From assembly GCA_043228905.1 (NCBI GenBank), contig JBHGNT010000008.1:4650001-4714000 (forward strand): DNA of 64,000 nt, written 5' to 3'. The translations under genes were made by a program, and so were the position numbers. Below the pieces are notes generated by a model, which saw nothing but the letters and a program-made list of their open reading frames with translations, was not told the origin of the DNA and ran no database searches. Below, in pieces: positions 34,069 through 46,864 of this stretch. Position 1 is the first letter of the stretch; each line of letters opens with the position of its first letter. The stretch comes from Azolla caroliniana. Lineage: Eukaryota; Plantae; Polypodiophyta.

Positions 34069-37000
34069 TGTTGAGAATGAAGCTCAACTTGTGTGAACAT
34101 GTGCTTATGAAGAAAAGGACGATGTGTGAAAAAGTGTGTGAGCACACTTTATTGTAATCCGTGTAGTTGTCGAGTGTTAGTGTGGTCAAAGAATATTAGA
34201 TATTCTTATGACAAAATCGTACTCAAGTGGATATCTTGGTTAGATTCCACCAACACATTTAATAGGGCAGTCCCTTGAGGACTTGTATATAAAACCCCCT
34301 TTGGCCATTTAGTTTAGTTGATGATCTTTAGATAATTAATATAGCTCTCTTAAGTGCATAAGCTATCATTCCCCTATTGTGTGTTTTCTTATTTTTCTGG
34401 TTATTCTCTGTAATTCCTTCTCTTGCTTATACATTCACTCTCTCTCTCACTACGCTTCTGAATACTAAACTCTACTAGAGTTAGATTCTTCATATGGTAT
34501 CAGAGCGTGAGGGTTAGAGATCCTTCACTGAGCTCTACCATTGAAACTGTGTGAGCAGCTAGAGACGTTGTTTTAAAACCTGCTATCGTCGCTGCAGTTT
34601 TGCACAGCAAGAGGCTCACCTTAACAAGATCATACAAGTCAAGCTAAATCAGAAAAATGAATGCGCAAATGGGTAGCGCACTTCCAAAAGAGAAGTTGGA
34701 CAGGCACAACTACACATCTTCGGAATATAAGATGCAGTAGTACTTAGTTGGGCAAGGGTATTGGAGTTATATCGAGGGAGCTCAGGAAACAACCCCCAAT
34801 ATTACAAGTCCCAACTACCCCACATGGCAGCAAGGCGCTAGTAGGGTAATGTATTGTTTGGCAACATGTGTGCAAGATCACATATTAAGCTATATTCAAG
34901 ATGCGAAAGCCCCAACAGAAGCATGGAAAAACTTGAAGAAGATTTTCGCAGCTTCAACCACAACGAGAAAGCTTCAACTTCGGCAAGAGTTGAACAATAT
35001 TTGGCAGGGGGATATGTCTGTGACGGACTATACCCTCCGGATGAAAGACTTATGCGATTCACTTGGCTCCATCAATGTTGTAGTTGATGATGACGAGATG
35101 GTGCATATCTGTCTTGGCGGCCTTACACAAAAATATGCCTCATTTCGAACTGCCATAATAACAAGGGAGAACCCCCCAAGCTTTTTCTACTTGCAATCCA
35201 TGCTAATGGTTGAGGAGAACCATACACGGTCGAAAAGCACAGCATCTGATGGGCAGATGCTATATACACATGATGATCTTAGTCGAGGTCACAGTCGTGG
35301 TCGTGGAAATCGGGGGAGGAATGGCCGAGGAAGAGGTGGACGAGGTCCACAACAGTTTAATTCCAGGCAGCAAGAAGGTCGAAACAGTCGAGGGAATTCC
35401 GGTAGAAAGGGTAGCTTCCACCAGCTTGCATAAACCAGGCAAAACCAGCAAACCGAGTGTTGGTATTGTGGAAAGCCTGGCCACTTTGAAGCCGAGTGTC
35501 GGAAGAAGAAGAATGACTCAGTTGCCTCACCTCGGCAGCAAACAAACTATGTTGTGATGGCTGACCTAGAAAACAAAGTGCCGATGTTTATTATCCGACA
35601 CCGGGCGAATAGCATGATAATAAGTGTTTCCCAACCTGATGATGTATGGTTCGTGGACTCAGGTGCCTCAAATCACATGACAAGTCATCAATAATGGTTC
35701 ATGAATTTGAGGGAACTCGAGAGACCTAGCGTGGTGGAGACCGATGATGACTCCACACACATGATTGAGCACATTGGAGATGTGGCCCTTAACAATCATG
35801 ACAACAAGGGTTACATGAAGGATGTATTGCATGTCCCGACAATCACAAATAATTTGGTCTCGGTTGGCCAAATTGTCGAACAAGGAATGCAAGTGCCATT
35901 GAACCAGGAAGGTTGCTTCATCGAAGATAAAGGCCAACTTATCGCTCATGCAAGAAGAGAAGGTTGCATGTTTATTCTTGATGCGACGGAGGTGAACACA
36001 GCAATGTATGCAAAGGGACTCAAGGCGGAGTCTGATATTGAGTTGTGGCACAAAAGGGTTGGCCATGTAAACCTCGGTAAACTCCGATCAATGCAAACAA
36101 AAGGGGTTGTGCACGGATTGCCACAATTTACTTCGAAACATCCTGATAATGTATGTGAGGTGTGCCAACTAGGCAAGCAACATAGGCATCCATTCCTAAG
36201 CGAAAGAAATGTGAGTAAAGGATTGTTGGACGTCATCAACTCAGATGTATGGGGCCTAGCTCAGACAACGACAATCGGTGGGTGTAGGTACTTCGTTACC
36301 TTCATTGACAACTATTCATGACATACCTGGATATGCTCGATGAAGTCGAAAAGTGAGGTCTTCTTCCACTTTCTCAAGTTAAAGAATTGCATGGAAAATG
36401 AGACGAATCGCAAGATTCGATGCTTACGGTCTGATGGTGGCCAAGAATACTTCTCAACCGAGTTCAAGGCCTTTCTATAAGAGAAGGGGATTCGCTGGGA
36501 ATTCTCTTGCCCATACACACCACAGCAAAACGGTGTTGCTGAGCGGAAGAATCGTACAATTCTTGAGATGGCCCGTGCCATGTTGCATGAGAAGAACATG
36601 CCCAAGATCTATTGGGCAGAGGCAACAGTTACGGTTGTGTATCTCATCAATAAGTGCACAACAGAGGGTGTCCATGACATCACCCCTCACGAGAAGTATT
36701 TTGGGACAAAGCCAAACCTTTCGCACTTGAAGGTTTTTGGCAGCATTGCATTTGTGCATGTCCCCGATGAGAAGCAGAGAAAGCTTGACCCAAAATCAAA
36801 GAAGATGATCCTCGTTGGTTACTCACTTGAGCAAAAGGGTTACAAGTGTTTTAACCCCATCACTCGACAGTCACGAGTAAGCCGAGATGTGGTATTTGAT
36901 GAGGTGACATCATGGTATGGCCCAACATCAGTGACCCCCATTGTGCTTGAAACAAGCAGATTTGGAGTAGATTCTCAGAGTGAAGAAGAAGAGATGCTAA

Positions 37001-39671
37001 CGACCATTATGGGTGGGGAACCAGTAGAGAGTCTGCCCACACTCCAGCTGACTGGACCTGAGGTGTCATCTAGCAATCAGAGTCTTGCACAGCATGAAGA
37101 AACCTCTAATGTGCTATCACCTTTGTGCTACACCCGTAGAAAGAAAGAAAAGGGCAAGATGCTTGAGCAAGAGGCCAAGGACATGACATCTAGTGAAGAC
37201 TTAGATCATTCACCCCGATCAGTTCACAACAAGTATGAAATGAAGAAGGCCCCGGAAATGACCAAAGGAAAACTCCGTCAATCGAACCGACAAAAGAGCC
37301 CGATAGTTAGGTTCGGGTACAATGAGTACATGGCCCACCACTATGCATTCATGATGAAGGTCGCAACAGACCAAGAACCCGAGACTTACAAAGAAGTTGC
37401 CCAAGATCCCCGGTGGATCGAGGCAATGAGGGAGGAGATGCGCGTGTTGTTTGACAACGATACTTGGGATTTAGTCCCATCCTCTGAAATCAAGAAAAAT
37501 CCAATTGGTTGCCAGTGGGTGTTCAAGATAAAGCATAATACGGATGGCACAATCAATCGATTCAAGGCTCGGCTAGTCGTCAAAGGGTATGCTCAAACCC
37601 ATGGCATAGACTATGAGGAGACATTTGCCCTGGTGGCAAAAATGACCACTGTGAGGACAGTAATTGCTCTCGCAACATCGAAAGGATGGCACTTGCATCA
37701 AATGAATGTGAAGAACGCATTCCTCCAAGGTGAGCTCGAGGAGGAAGTTTACATGATGCAACCACCTGGCTTCGAATCAAACAAACATCCACATGCAGTT
37801 TGCCGATTGAAGAAGCCGCTCTATGGACTGAAGCAAGCCCCAAGAGCATGGCATTCAAAGATCACATCATATCTTCACGACATTGGCTTCCGGATGTCAA
37901 AATCTGATAACTCATTGTATGTTCAGAACAATCTCAAAAGCCCCATCTTCTTAATCTTGTATGTCGATGACCTTGTCATCGGTGGAGAAAGCCTCACCAA
38001 GATACAAAAGATTAAAAAGTTGCTTTTACAAAAGTTCGAGATGAAGGATCTGAATGACTTACATTATTTTCTCGGCATCGAGGTCATTCAAACTCTAGAC
38101 GGGTTCCTACTCTCACAACAACACTATGTGTTGAACTTGCTCTACAAGTTCAGAATGACTGAGTGTAAGTCCATCTCGACACCCCTTGATCGAAATATGA
38201 AGCTAACTGCAGATTTTGGAAAATTCTGCGAGCCAAAACAGTAACACCAAATAATTGGGAGACTTATCTACCTAACTATCACTCGACCAGACCTCAGCTA
38301 TCCGGTCGGGGTTCATAGCTAGTTCATGGCAACCCCCCGCGACACTCACATGGATTGTGCTAAGTGAGTGTTACGTTATATTAGTGGAACACTTAATTAT
38401 GGTATCTTCTATAAGCATGGAGCACCACTTCGACTCGAAGGCCTCACGGATGCTGATTGGGCAAGCAATGCATTTGATAGGCGATCCACTTCGGGATTTA
38501 TGTTTTCCCTCGGTAGTGGAGCAGTCTCTTGGAGCAGCAAGAAACAACCAGCAGTTGCTCTATCGAGCACTAAGGCAGAGTATAGGGCCACAACTGTAGC
38601 TGCTTGCGAAGCTGTATGGCTTAAAAGACTGCTAAAAGACTTCAACGAATTGGTGAACAAGCCAATACTAATCCACTGTGAAAATCTCAACAGCATCCAG
38701 CTTGCAAAGAATCCGGTGTCTCACGCTCGGACTAAGCACATCGAGGTGCACTATCATTACATCTGTGAGCGCATATTGGCCGGTGACATTAACCTCCAAT
38801 ACGTTGGCACCAACATGCAAGTGGCTGATATTTTCACTAAGGCACTAGGTCTCAACAAGCTACGACAATTCTCAGTGGATCGAGGCCTTAGACCACTCGA
38901 TATGTTGAGCTTGGGGGAGAGTAAAAGTACAAAGACGAAGGAAAACATGGAGAATCAGCACGATACAAGAGGAAGAGTGAGACTGGCATCGGCAAAGTAA
39001 GGCTGGCACATCTAATCGACTTGACCTGACAAGTTAGAGGAAGACTTTCCAAAGCCCGGAATTTTTGAACCTTGAAATTTTGGATTGGCAAGATCAACAT
39101 TGCTAGATCAAGATCGAGTACATAGGAACAATGGGAAAACCACGGTCTAGTAGTCCGACCAACTGCAGTTGGGTCTTCCACTACACCAAGACACTCAAGC
39201 TTAAGAGGACACACAATTGACCTTGAGGGGGCGTGTTGAGAATGAAGCTCAACTTGTGTGAACATGTGCTTATGAAGAAAAGGACGATGTGTGAAAAAGT
39301 GTGTGAGCACACTTTATTGTAATCCGTGTAGTTGTCGAGTGTTAGTGTGGTCAAAGAATATTAGATATTATTATGACAAAATCGTACTCAAGTGGATATC
39401 TTGGTTAGATTCCACCAACACATTTAATAGGGCAGTCCCTTGAGGACTTGTATATAAAACCCCCTTTGGCCATTTAGTTTAGTTGATGATCTTTAGATAA
39501 TTAATATAGCTCTCTTAAGTGCATAAGCTATCATCCCCCTACTGTGTGTTTTCTTATTTTTCTGGTTATTCTCTGTAATTCCTTCTCTTGCTTATACATT
39601 CACTCTCTCTCTCTCACACACACACACTACACTTCTGAATACTAAACTCTACTAGAGTTAGATTCTTTATA
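34069..39671 (+). mobile_element. Full-length Ty1/copia with TG...TA termini, 5-bp TSD GAAAG
   Basis: LTRs 34069-34494 and 39234-39671; PBS TGGTATCAGAGC 34495-34506; PPT 39225-39233; GAAAG at 34064-34068 and 39672-39676. Host gag reads MVILS|NTLSS across it. Confidence 0.94.
34657..39000 (+). pseudogene. Copia gag-pol with multiple premature stops
   Basis: CWYCGKPGHFEAEC, WFVDSGASNHMT, LWHKRVGH, SDVWG, RSDGG, YVDD, TDADWA. Stops at ~34738, 35431, 35692, 36319, 36478, 38242 and 38365. Confidence 0.9.
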
Positions 39672-42318
39672 GAAAGTATTACCATGGCTTGTGCATCCTT
39701 TTTATTCCAATCCTTTGCATCCTCAATAACACCCGATTCTTTTTCCTTTCCCTTTCTATCTTCTTCTTTTATTATAGGACTAGGTTTATCATTAACAACT
39801 ATATGCCACAATTCTTCTGCTTTTAAAAACAACATGACTTTATACTTCCATGATGCATAATTATCTTTAGTCAAATTTTCAAGTTTCGCTACTTGAACAA
39901 ACATATTGAATGCAAGTACATAAGGATCTTAATTAAAAGTGTTTACCAAAAAACCGTTGTTGTTGAAGAGCTTGCGTGTTCATGATAGCTTGATGCTTGA
40001 CGGCCTTTCGATATGTCGTTGCGATAATCGAAGAAGAAATCACTTATTGTTGAGATGTTGATATTGATAGTTGAGATGAGGAAGAAAAGGTTGTACAAAA
40101 GTTGGTTATGGTGTTGAGATGTTGATATTGATGGTTGAGTTTGTGGAGAAGTAATAGAGAAATGATGGGAGATTCTTTGGCAAAGAGAAACGATTGATTA
40201 TGGCTCTGATACCATGTTGAGATCTAGATATTAGATATCTTCTAAAAATAAGTCTTATTGAACAGTGGGGGTAAGCCCCTTTATATAAGATCAAGCATGC
40301 GAGCATGTTCGCCACATAGCTTCATGTATGCATGACATTCTATGCATTACATGCTAGTATGTTTATCGTATAATAATAAATGATACATATCATTATTATA
40401 AGTTCTATAATATATAAAGTAAAGATACAAGGTTCAAATCCCAATGTGCTTGATCCTCAACAAAACATTCTATAACATTCTAGAAATCACTAGGCTATTC
40501 TATAGGAACCTATAAATATGGACATACAATTCTTCTCAAACCAATTCGAATCAACACCAGTGTTAAGCTTTCGTCACCTTTCTTGTATCCATCTTCATTC
40601 TATCGTACTAATACATTCATTCTTCTCTTATCACTTCATTCCTCTCTTCTCGTGATCTCTTTACATCTTTCTTCCACCACTCTATCTTTTCTCTTAGTTC
40701 TGACAATATGAAGAAATTTGACATGAGCGCATTAAAAAACCAAATAGGAGTTAAGGGAGAATATCGAAATAGTAAGAGAGATAGGCACATAATCTATCTC
40801 CATCACCACACTCATGAAAAGCCTTGTAAAACATCTCATTTGAGAGGATGACTCTTTGGAGGGTTATTATTACATAATATTCAGTATAATCTCGATTAAC
40901 TCCTTATGCCCTTTCTTGCGCATATTTTCAATGGTTAATTAAAAGAATATGAAGTGTTTAATAGTAAACAAAATATACAATAATACATGTTTCCTAAGTG
41001 ATTACATTGCCAACATATCAAGTCACAAATAATTATGTACTCCATCAAACTACCTCTAAATTACTAATCAATGTGTCTAATCTACTTTGCAACCACAAGG
41101 ACAATTTATACCTTGACCAAGTTTTGGTTGACCTCCTCGATAGTTGAGCCAACCTATTGACACAAAGATACGTGCATGTATGTGAAGTGAGAGCAAGACC
41201 ATTGGGGACTTGAACCAGAGAGGATGGAGTGGACTCAAGTTGTCTCGTGAAGTCATGTGCTCAGAAATTCTTTACTTCTTTAATAAGCTCGTGTCCACAA
41301 GTGGGAGTGTTAGTCTGATAAATAAATATACATAATTGTGTATGCCGATCTAAATAAGAAGACATAAAGGTGTAAATATTTGCTCATGAGCATGCATGTG
41401 AATGCATATGTGTTTGAACTTAAGAATATATTTGTAAATGTTTATATATATGTATAAATGTATATGTGCAAATGAAACGTCCAAGTGTTAGAATGTATAT
41501 GCATTTGAGAGTAGGAATGTGCGTTTTTTAATGTACCTATCTATGTGCATGCTTTGTGCATGCATATGCTTTTGTATCAATGCGTGGGATGTTTAGGAGT
41601 CGGCTTGGGTGACATGGTGAGGTGATGTAACCCGTAGGTGTGGTATGGAGAATTAAGGACGATGGAGTTGACGTATACAGACATCAATGACGAAAGTTGC
41701 ACTGCTGACAACTCCCGGGGGCTCCACTATATATAAAGAGGTTGTAACACGTACGTTCACGACATCTTTTATAAACCCCTTATACGTATGTTTATTATTA
41801 TTTTAGAGACCCTTCTGTAAAAAAACAGTTAATAAAAATACCGCTTAGTGCAAATATATATTTTGACAACAACTCATTTTAAATGCGCTTACATAGAAAA
41901 CAGATATATGTTCAATATATGTGTTTATGTATATATTGTATTGTATTGCATGTGTTGTATATATTTTATGTATGCGTTATGTGTATGTATGTTCACATGT
42001 ATGTATTGTATTGCATGTGAATGTACATATGTAGTGTATTGTATTCCATGTTTATATATGCATGTATTGTATTGTATTGTATTGCATGTGTTGTATATAT
42101 TTTATGTATACGGCATGTGTGTATGTATCTATGTGTTATATGTGTCTATGTGTGCATGTAAGTGTACTGATATATGTGTGTGTATATGTACGTATGTTTG
42201 TGTATGTATGTGTGCGTGTGTTCTATATATCTGCATGCGTGAATGTGTATTATACATGTCACTACCACAAAATAAGCTAGTAGTGATGCCAAAACACACT
42301 GCTATTGGCACTGCACAT

Positions 42319-42466
42319 CATAGTTCTAGCCATACATCCCATTCGTGTCATACTCAAACGCCAATATTCGTATCATACTCATACGTGAAAAGGCTCCAAG
42401 TATGATTGAAATCCATACACGGTACATAGATATATTATATATACATATGGTGTATATGGTGTACAT

Positions 42467-42518
<52 letters not shown>

Positions 42519-42895
42519 CGTGTGTGGTCTAGAGAGAGAAGCCCTGTTTTGCATGTGTGAGGAGACAGTGATTGAGTGTATATCTAGACTCTAGAGAGAG
42601 AGAGAGAGAGGAGCTATGGGTTTTGTCTGTGTGAGGGAGTATGTAATATGTATATTAGATATCTAGATTTTGTAGAGAGAGAAAATCTGTCAGTTCTCGT
42701 GTGAGAGAGAGAGAGTGTGTGTATGTGTGTCAGATGTCACTTCTATTCACAAAATATTATGAATATAAAATAAAAAAAACCAAAAAACAATCAAAAAAAA
42801 AAAAAGCCAAACGAATATCGCGTATCATACGCGTACGTTTGCAAACGTTCGCGTACGTCCAGTAAATTGGACGTACGCGAATATTAGGAACTATG
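42319..42895. mobile_element. 577-bp hAT-like MITE, TIR CATAGTTC, 8-bp TSD CTGCACAT
   Basis: CTGCACAT at 42311-42318 and 42896-42903; empty site in copy 1 at ~9883-9890; subterminal CGTA/TACG motifs. Confidence 0.92.
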
Positions 42896-45469
42896 CTGCA
42901 CATATACCATCATTGTGCAACACCTTTTGAAAAGAGTAAATTTTGTTTTTACTTTTTTTAATAAATTTTTTTCTTCTCTTTATTTCTTTTTTAAAAAATG
43001 TGTTTGTATGTATCGATGTATGTTTGTTTGTTTGCATGTATGTTGATGTGGAGCATATGTGTCTTCAAACCATCTTCGAAGAAGGATCACCATCTAATCA
43101 ATAAGCATGAAAGGTGTCTTCATTCCATGCCATTTTCTCTAACATGCCTATGTAACAATGCATATGTTGTGGCTTCATGGAAGTGAAAAACAATATATCT
43201 AAAAGGGCATATATATAACAAGAATACTATGCTATGAGATGTTCAAGAATTATTCACAACATTCAACTTGAGCAAGAACTTCATTGGATAAAAATGTTGC
43301 AATGCTAGAACAAACACACTGAGTTTTTCGCTAAGAAAAATTGAGCATTTGAGTCCCTAACTTGTTACAATGCAATCACTCACACACAATACTTTTAATC
43401 TATAAAACATATTCTCTTTCACAGCCATAGCCATTAATCTCTCTGCAGCAAAAACAAAGTAATTAGGCTCTGGAACCCACAAAGCTTTACATCAAGAACA
43501 TTTAATTTGAAATTTGCAAGAAAAGTAGTGGGGTTATCATCAATGTAATTTATATGAACAAGCTTCATGTACATTCCCTTTATCATAGTCCTTATCAAAT
43601 TTGACATTTGCAAACCTACACACAAAAAACACGTTATTTTACTTCTTTGTCGAGCACCATCATTCAATAAGTTGAAAACCTATACAGTAGCAATAAGAAA
43701 CCAAAGGTTAATATATTGTGCGAATGAAATAACATGATCAAAATGATAGTTGCAAACAAAAGATGTAGAGTAATAATCAAGAAGCATGAATCTTTATACC
43801 TTCTCCTCTTAAGTAATGCTACAATCTTGATCCCATGCACAATAAGTTCAACTCTTTTGGTCCATAATATAATCTGCAACAAACAAAAGATGTAGCGTAA
43901 TAATCAAGAAGCATCAATCATTATACCTTCACCTCCTAAGTGATCCCATGCACAATAACATCAACTTATGTGTTCCATAATATAATATGCAACCCATAAC
44001 TATGTATGTATATATATTTATAATCGTGTATGGATGCATGCCTCCTGGTTTTCGTGTTACTATATTTGCCTCGATGACCTCCCTTTTCTCCAAGCCATCA
44101 ATTCCGGAAGCTTGAATTAACAAAGCCTACTTCCATATAGTTTCAAAAGAAACTCCAACATTGCAAGAGCTATTCAAGGTCGGGACAGTCATATATGTCA
44201 TTTCTTGCCCAAATATACACATGCTTCAATCTCTTCCATTGTTCCTATGCTATCGTGCTACCTTGAATAACAAAGAAATTTGGAAACGAAACAAGAGAAT
44301 GGAACTTCATGTTTGGTTTAGCAGATTAAGAGTATCATTAATATAGCACATATCAACAAGATCTACAACCTTTCCAACAAAGATATCGCAAAATAAATTA
44401 AGTGTTTTTTATTTGCACCTATGTGTTGGTCAATCGAGATTCAAATGGTATGGCATAAGCTCTTTAGAAGTTGTATTGGTCCGCCTTCTTTCTTTTTTAG
44501 AGCATGGTAGATGTGGATTCGAGCTTGCATTCGCATGAAATCTTGCACAAATCACAACAAACTCTTGTTCGATTCTCACTAGAATGTCTCGCCTCTATTG
44601 TCAAATGCTTCTTGAAGCTACATGAGGTTTCTCAAGACCGAAAGAGCTCATCTTTCATGTGAAATGACAATAGCAAATACACAAAGTAACATGGCAAAAA
44701 AAGTATGCAAGAGAATGTTGTAAATGCATGTGTGCATGCATTCATACATGCATACAAACACAACCATGCACATGCATATGCAAATACGCATGCACACATG
44801 CATACATGCATACACATACTCATACAAACATAGTTTTAAATTGATATGGTACTAAACTAAGAACCTTCATGTTTGCAATGTCACCTTCCCTCATGTTTTC
44901 GACATCATTATTTCCTACATCCTCCTCCTTCTCCCCTCTTCACCACAAATACTTGATTTATCATAGATCAAGTGACAATATTTCCATAAGACCCTCCAAA
45001 TGATTTGCTTTTTGGGTATCCTTGCAAAGTAAATTCATAGACAAAAGTTTTTAATACATAATTAACGTGATAATATATATAGGGTTATACAGAAATCAAA
45101 GTTAAATAAAAAGAAACAATAAAAAGAACAATAAAATTTCAGCAAAAGCAAGAGTTGTTATAGTACAATTTCAAGATGCAAGATTATAAAAATCAATTCA
45201 GAAATTACATATGAAGAAAAGAAAACCAGATAATTCTTAAAATTAATGTTTTGTTTACAAAATTAGCAATCCTAAGCATTTTAGGATTATATAGAGAACA
45301 ATGGAGAAATCAACATAAAAAACAAAAAAGTCTCGCACCTTCTTGTAGCTCGTCTTGCACATCCTCGCTCGCTAGAGGACTACTTCGAAGAGGAGGTCGA
45401 TCATGTTCATGGCTATCTCTCTCTCAATTTATAAACAGAAGTTTGTAAAGTTTTCATTTTTTTTACTTT

Positions 45470-45943
45470 CTCCAATTCTGTGAATCCGAGCCACCACTTG
45501 AATACCTTTTATTACCCCACTATAACCACCATTGCGATTGCTACCACCATAGCCACCATTTCCACCACCATTGGTATCATTATAGCCACCGGCACAACCA
45601 CAACCACTTTCCACCATTTCCTCCATCTGATCTCTCCCTATAATATTCTGAACCACCACCTCCATTGGAGGCACAATAGCCTCCATCACCCCCACCCGAT
45701 CTTGCCTGAGCTTAGTCCATAGTAATGTTCCTTCCATCGAGCTCTTTTCCATTCGTCGACTCAATCACACTTGTCATTGCTTGCTCATAAGAGAATGTCA
45801 CAAAGCCAAAGCCTCGTGATCGTCTCGTTTCATGGTCATTGATAACCTTGGAGTTGACAACTTCGCCGAAGTATCCTGCGATCATCGGTGGTCCATGTGA
45901 GACCTCCAATGAAGCAGCGATACTCAAGATCTACAACGGCCAT
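45470..45943 (-). pseudogene. GRP7/8-like pseudogene, copy 2
   Basis: MAVVDLEYRCFIGGLTW...SRGFGFVTF...NGKELDGRNIT; same deletion and TAA as copy 1. Confidence 0.9.
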
Positions 45944-46816
45944 GGAAGCTTTGAGATGGGGAGGAGGGTGAAAGAGGAGACAAAGAGTCTCTCTCTCTCC
46001 CCCCCCTTTTTCCCTCCAATTTTTACTAAAACACATCACATATATAATCTCCCCCCCTTTCTTCCCCCATTTTTTTAAAACAATTAGCATCCCTTTGAGA
46101 GGCGTTTTAAAAAGAGTGTTCTACTATGTGTATGTATCTTCTATACATGTGCATGTTTATGCATGTGGATATATATATTTGTGTGTGTGTGTGTGTTATG
46201 CTCTATACATGTGCATATGTATGTATTGTACTCCATGTGTTGTATGTGTGGCATGTGCATATGTATGTATGTGCTATGTGTGTGTATGTTCTATACATGT
46301 GCATATGATGTATTGTAATTTGTATGTATTATTCATATGGCATGTGCATATGTATGTGTGTGTTATGTGAGTGTATGTTCTATATACATATGTGTATGCA
46401 TACATACATGTGTATATATGTGTGTGTCTATTCTATATATACATGCATATGTATTATATTGCATGTATATATATGTAAGTGTGTATGTATGTACATATTA
46501 TATTGTATTAATTGTACGATGTATATATTGTATATACATATGCATTGTGTGTATGGGATGTGTGTATGTATGTACATATATGTATTGTATTGCATGTGTT
46601 ATATGTATTGTATATATGGCATGTGTGTAAGTTTAGATGTGTATATTGGATCCATTATGTGTTGAATGAATATATGTATGTACGTTTGTATGTGTATGCA
46701 TAGGTTTGTGGATGTGTGTTTGTAATATGTATTTATGTGTATGTATATATTATTTATGTACTGTAGTTTGTATGACCCCATATGACCTATAGGCTATATA
46801 TATGGTGATATGTGGA

Positions 46817-46864
<48 letters not shown>

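Larger units (their letters stand above)
29996..40462 (-). mobile_element. Full-length degenerate Ty1/copia (AT-rich), with another copia nested in gag
   Basis: 5' LTR 40215-40462; 3' LTR 29996-30190 (53 bp shorter); PBS TGGTATCAGAGCC (tRNA-iMet) 40202-40214; PPT 30191-30199; gag from 39904, then CCHC, WYLD protease, INT, YVDD RT and RH. Confidence 0.93.
10481..40705 (+). mobile_element. Decayed chromovirus (Ty3/gypsy, Tcn1-like) acting as nest host; own pieces at 10481-10943, 11563-11959, 27520-27758, ~29263-29995, 40463-40705
   Basis: RNase H end (RWAQFLTHFDF..KPDALSR), integrase HHCC (HDAPMAGHFG..CDTC), core (SISMDF, VVDRFTK, DRGPQF, YHPQTNGQ), GPF motif, chromodomain, PPT and 3' LTR. Sequence rejoins across the insertions. 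Confidence 0.88.
29757..40705 (+). repeat. Chromovirus 3' LTR (29757-29995 plus 40463-40705), split by a copia element
   Basis: Follows PPT GAAGGGAAGATAG; TGTCA...TGACA termini; TTCTAGAACA repeats; TATAAATA at 40511. Confidence 0.82.
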
